Below, in pieces: positions 32,425-33,039 of a DNA stretch of 33,039 nt. The notes beneath the pieces were generated by a model, which saw only the letters and a program-made list of their open reading frames with translations, ran no database searches and was not told where the DNA came from. A program made the position numbers and the translations under genes. The DNA lies in IMG/VR virus record IMGVR_UViG_3300025876_000001. One strand, given 5' to 3'. This DNA is from a virus. Each line of letters opens with the position of its first letter. Position 1 is the first letter of the stretch.

Positions 32425-33039
32425 TTATGTTGGCACATCTGTGCTAAAAGTTGTAAAGTTTGTCATTGTTCCATCATTACCACCGCTTCCGTTATCTGTT
32501 AATGTTGGACTTGTATCACCATCACCACATCGCCACCAAGATAATGGTGGTGTGCTTAAATCATTTAAGTTGTTAGGTACACCGCTATTGTAAATACTTG
32601 TCACATCACTTGCTGATAATTCTGAATTCCATACGGAAACCTCGTCTATGTTGCCTTCAAAATTCCATTGGTTTTGACCTGTTAATCTGCCTATATTTGG
32701 CTCTGAAGATGTAAAGGAATTAATGCCCGTACTTGATGCAGTACCTTGTGCATTTGGAACACCATCAATGTATAATTTAATGCCGTTAGCGTTTGCCGTT
32801 CCGTCATAAGTTGCTAATATATGAATCCATTGTCCGCTATTGGGAGTAACTCCTACACTTTGTGCAGATGAAGATGATAAATTTGTATTGTGTATAGCAA
32901 AATAAAAACTATCTATGCCTCCACCTCTCCAAAACAAATTCCAATTTCTTTGACCACTTCCCGTTGTGTCTTCTGCAATAATTACTTGAATATTTGTACC
33001 TCCTCCACCTGTATTTGTTGTGGGTATTTTAACCCAAGC
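32425..33039 (-). CDS. tandem LamG protein, C-terminal part (second LamG domain). The frame is open to the window end, and bases 32913..33039 duplicate 1..127.
   Basis: The track lists 32425..32937 from a TTG, but the frame stays open to 33039 (615 nt, exactly 205 codons). Second LamG_3 signature: GQWIHILATYDG...IKLYIDGV...NIGR...FEGNIDEVSVWNSELSASDVTSIYNSGVPNNLNDLST. Confidence 0.8.
   Translation of the reverse strand, partial: AWVKIPTTNTGGGGTNIQVIIAEDTTGSGQRNWNLFWRGGGIDSFYFAIHNTNLSSSSAQSVGVTPNSGQWIHILATYDGTANANGIKLYIDGVPNAQGTASSTGINSFTSSEPNIGRLTGQNQWNFEGNIDEVSVWNSELSASDVTSIYNSGVPNNLNDLSTPPLSWWRCGDGDTSPTLTDNGSGGNDGTMTNFTTFSTDVPT
32913..33039. repeat. exact 127-bp terminal direct repeat, copy 2 (identical to 1..127)
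   Basis: Base-by-base identity with the window start. Confidence 0.95.

Noticed and set aside
108-32447. All plus-strand ORFs in the supplied track (for example 513..734, 9150..9638, 24741..25241, 27822..28199)
   Set aside because: Each lies entirely antisense to a longer minus-strand ORF with recognisable motifs or tight stop/start coupling. Their translations are F/L/C/S-rich low-complexity strings typical of shadow frames in AT-rich DNA. None starts in an intergenic gap.
1-33039. Lysogeny module, integrase, transposase, diversity-generating retroelement targeting the LamG gene, toxin-antitoxin pair, CRISPR array, tRNA genes
   Set aside because: No tyrosine- or serine-recombinase, reverse-transcriptase or transposase motifs were seen in any frame. 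There are no divergent repressor/Cro pairs, since all genes are on one strand. There is no template-repeat copy of the LamG region, no repeat-spacer pattern, and no GC-rich cloverleaf-capable segment in the few non-coding gaps.
32913-33039. The 127-bp repeat interpreted as a biological direct terminal repeat or an att-type duplication
   Set aside because: It lies in the middle of a coding sequence that becomes a complete in-frame gene only when the ends are merged, and its length equals a standard assembler k-mer. An assembly overlap of a circular or circularly permuted genome is the simpler explanation. Read-level data would be needed to exclude a true repeat.

Overview
The window appears to be one complete, circularly closed genome of a tailed dsDNA phage. 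Bases 1..127 are identical to 32913..33039, so the non-redundant unit is 32,912 bp. Every credible gene is on the minus strand and genes are tightly packed, often joined by ATGA or TAATG stop/start overlaps. Reading in the direction of transcription: two near-identical early promoters (around 14018 and 13132) precede small early genes. A replication block follows (DnaA-domain-IV-like HTH, replisome-organiser-like protein, DnaB-C-type helicase), then an orphan C5 cytosine methyltransferase. Next is a recombination block (NinG/Rap, ERF annealase, YqaJ-type exonuclease, DUF3127-type SSB, HTH, PD-(D/E)XK nuclease). Packaging and head genes come next (TerS, TerL, portal, a tandem LamG lectin-fold gene that crosses the window junction, HK97-type prohead protease and major capsid protein). 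The tail genes follow (major tail protein, two overlapping chaperone-position ORFs, 1276-aa tape measure, four large distal tail proteins). The last block is a lysis cassette (holin, signal/TM protein, amidase) ending in a metallophosphoesterase. I found no integrase, repressor/lysogeny module, tRNA, CRISPR array, DNA polymerase or primase. Three things point to a Bacteroidota (probably Flavobacteriia-like) host: promoters of the TTTG-N19-TAnnTTT(G/A) type, no Shine-Dalgarno motifs, and a DUF3127 SSB. That host assignment is an inference. The observations most worth follow-up are these. (1) A 12-nt motif GTCAARCAATTA occurs five times, only in the few intergenic gaps, in both orientations and at module boundaries. 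(2) A promoter/leader cassette is duplicated, and one copy drives a promoter-gene-terminator unit. (3) A tandem LamG gene sits between portal and protease and is the one place where the otherwise very frequent CCGG is scarce. (4) Exact TAACTTTG boxes lie 4 nt upstream of two start codons. (5) The two ORFs at the tail-chaperone position overlap in the +1 frame rather than the -1 frame. All functional calls rest on motifs I recognised by eye and on gene order. No database search was run.
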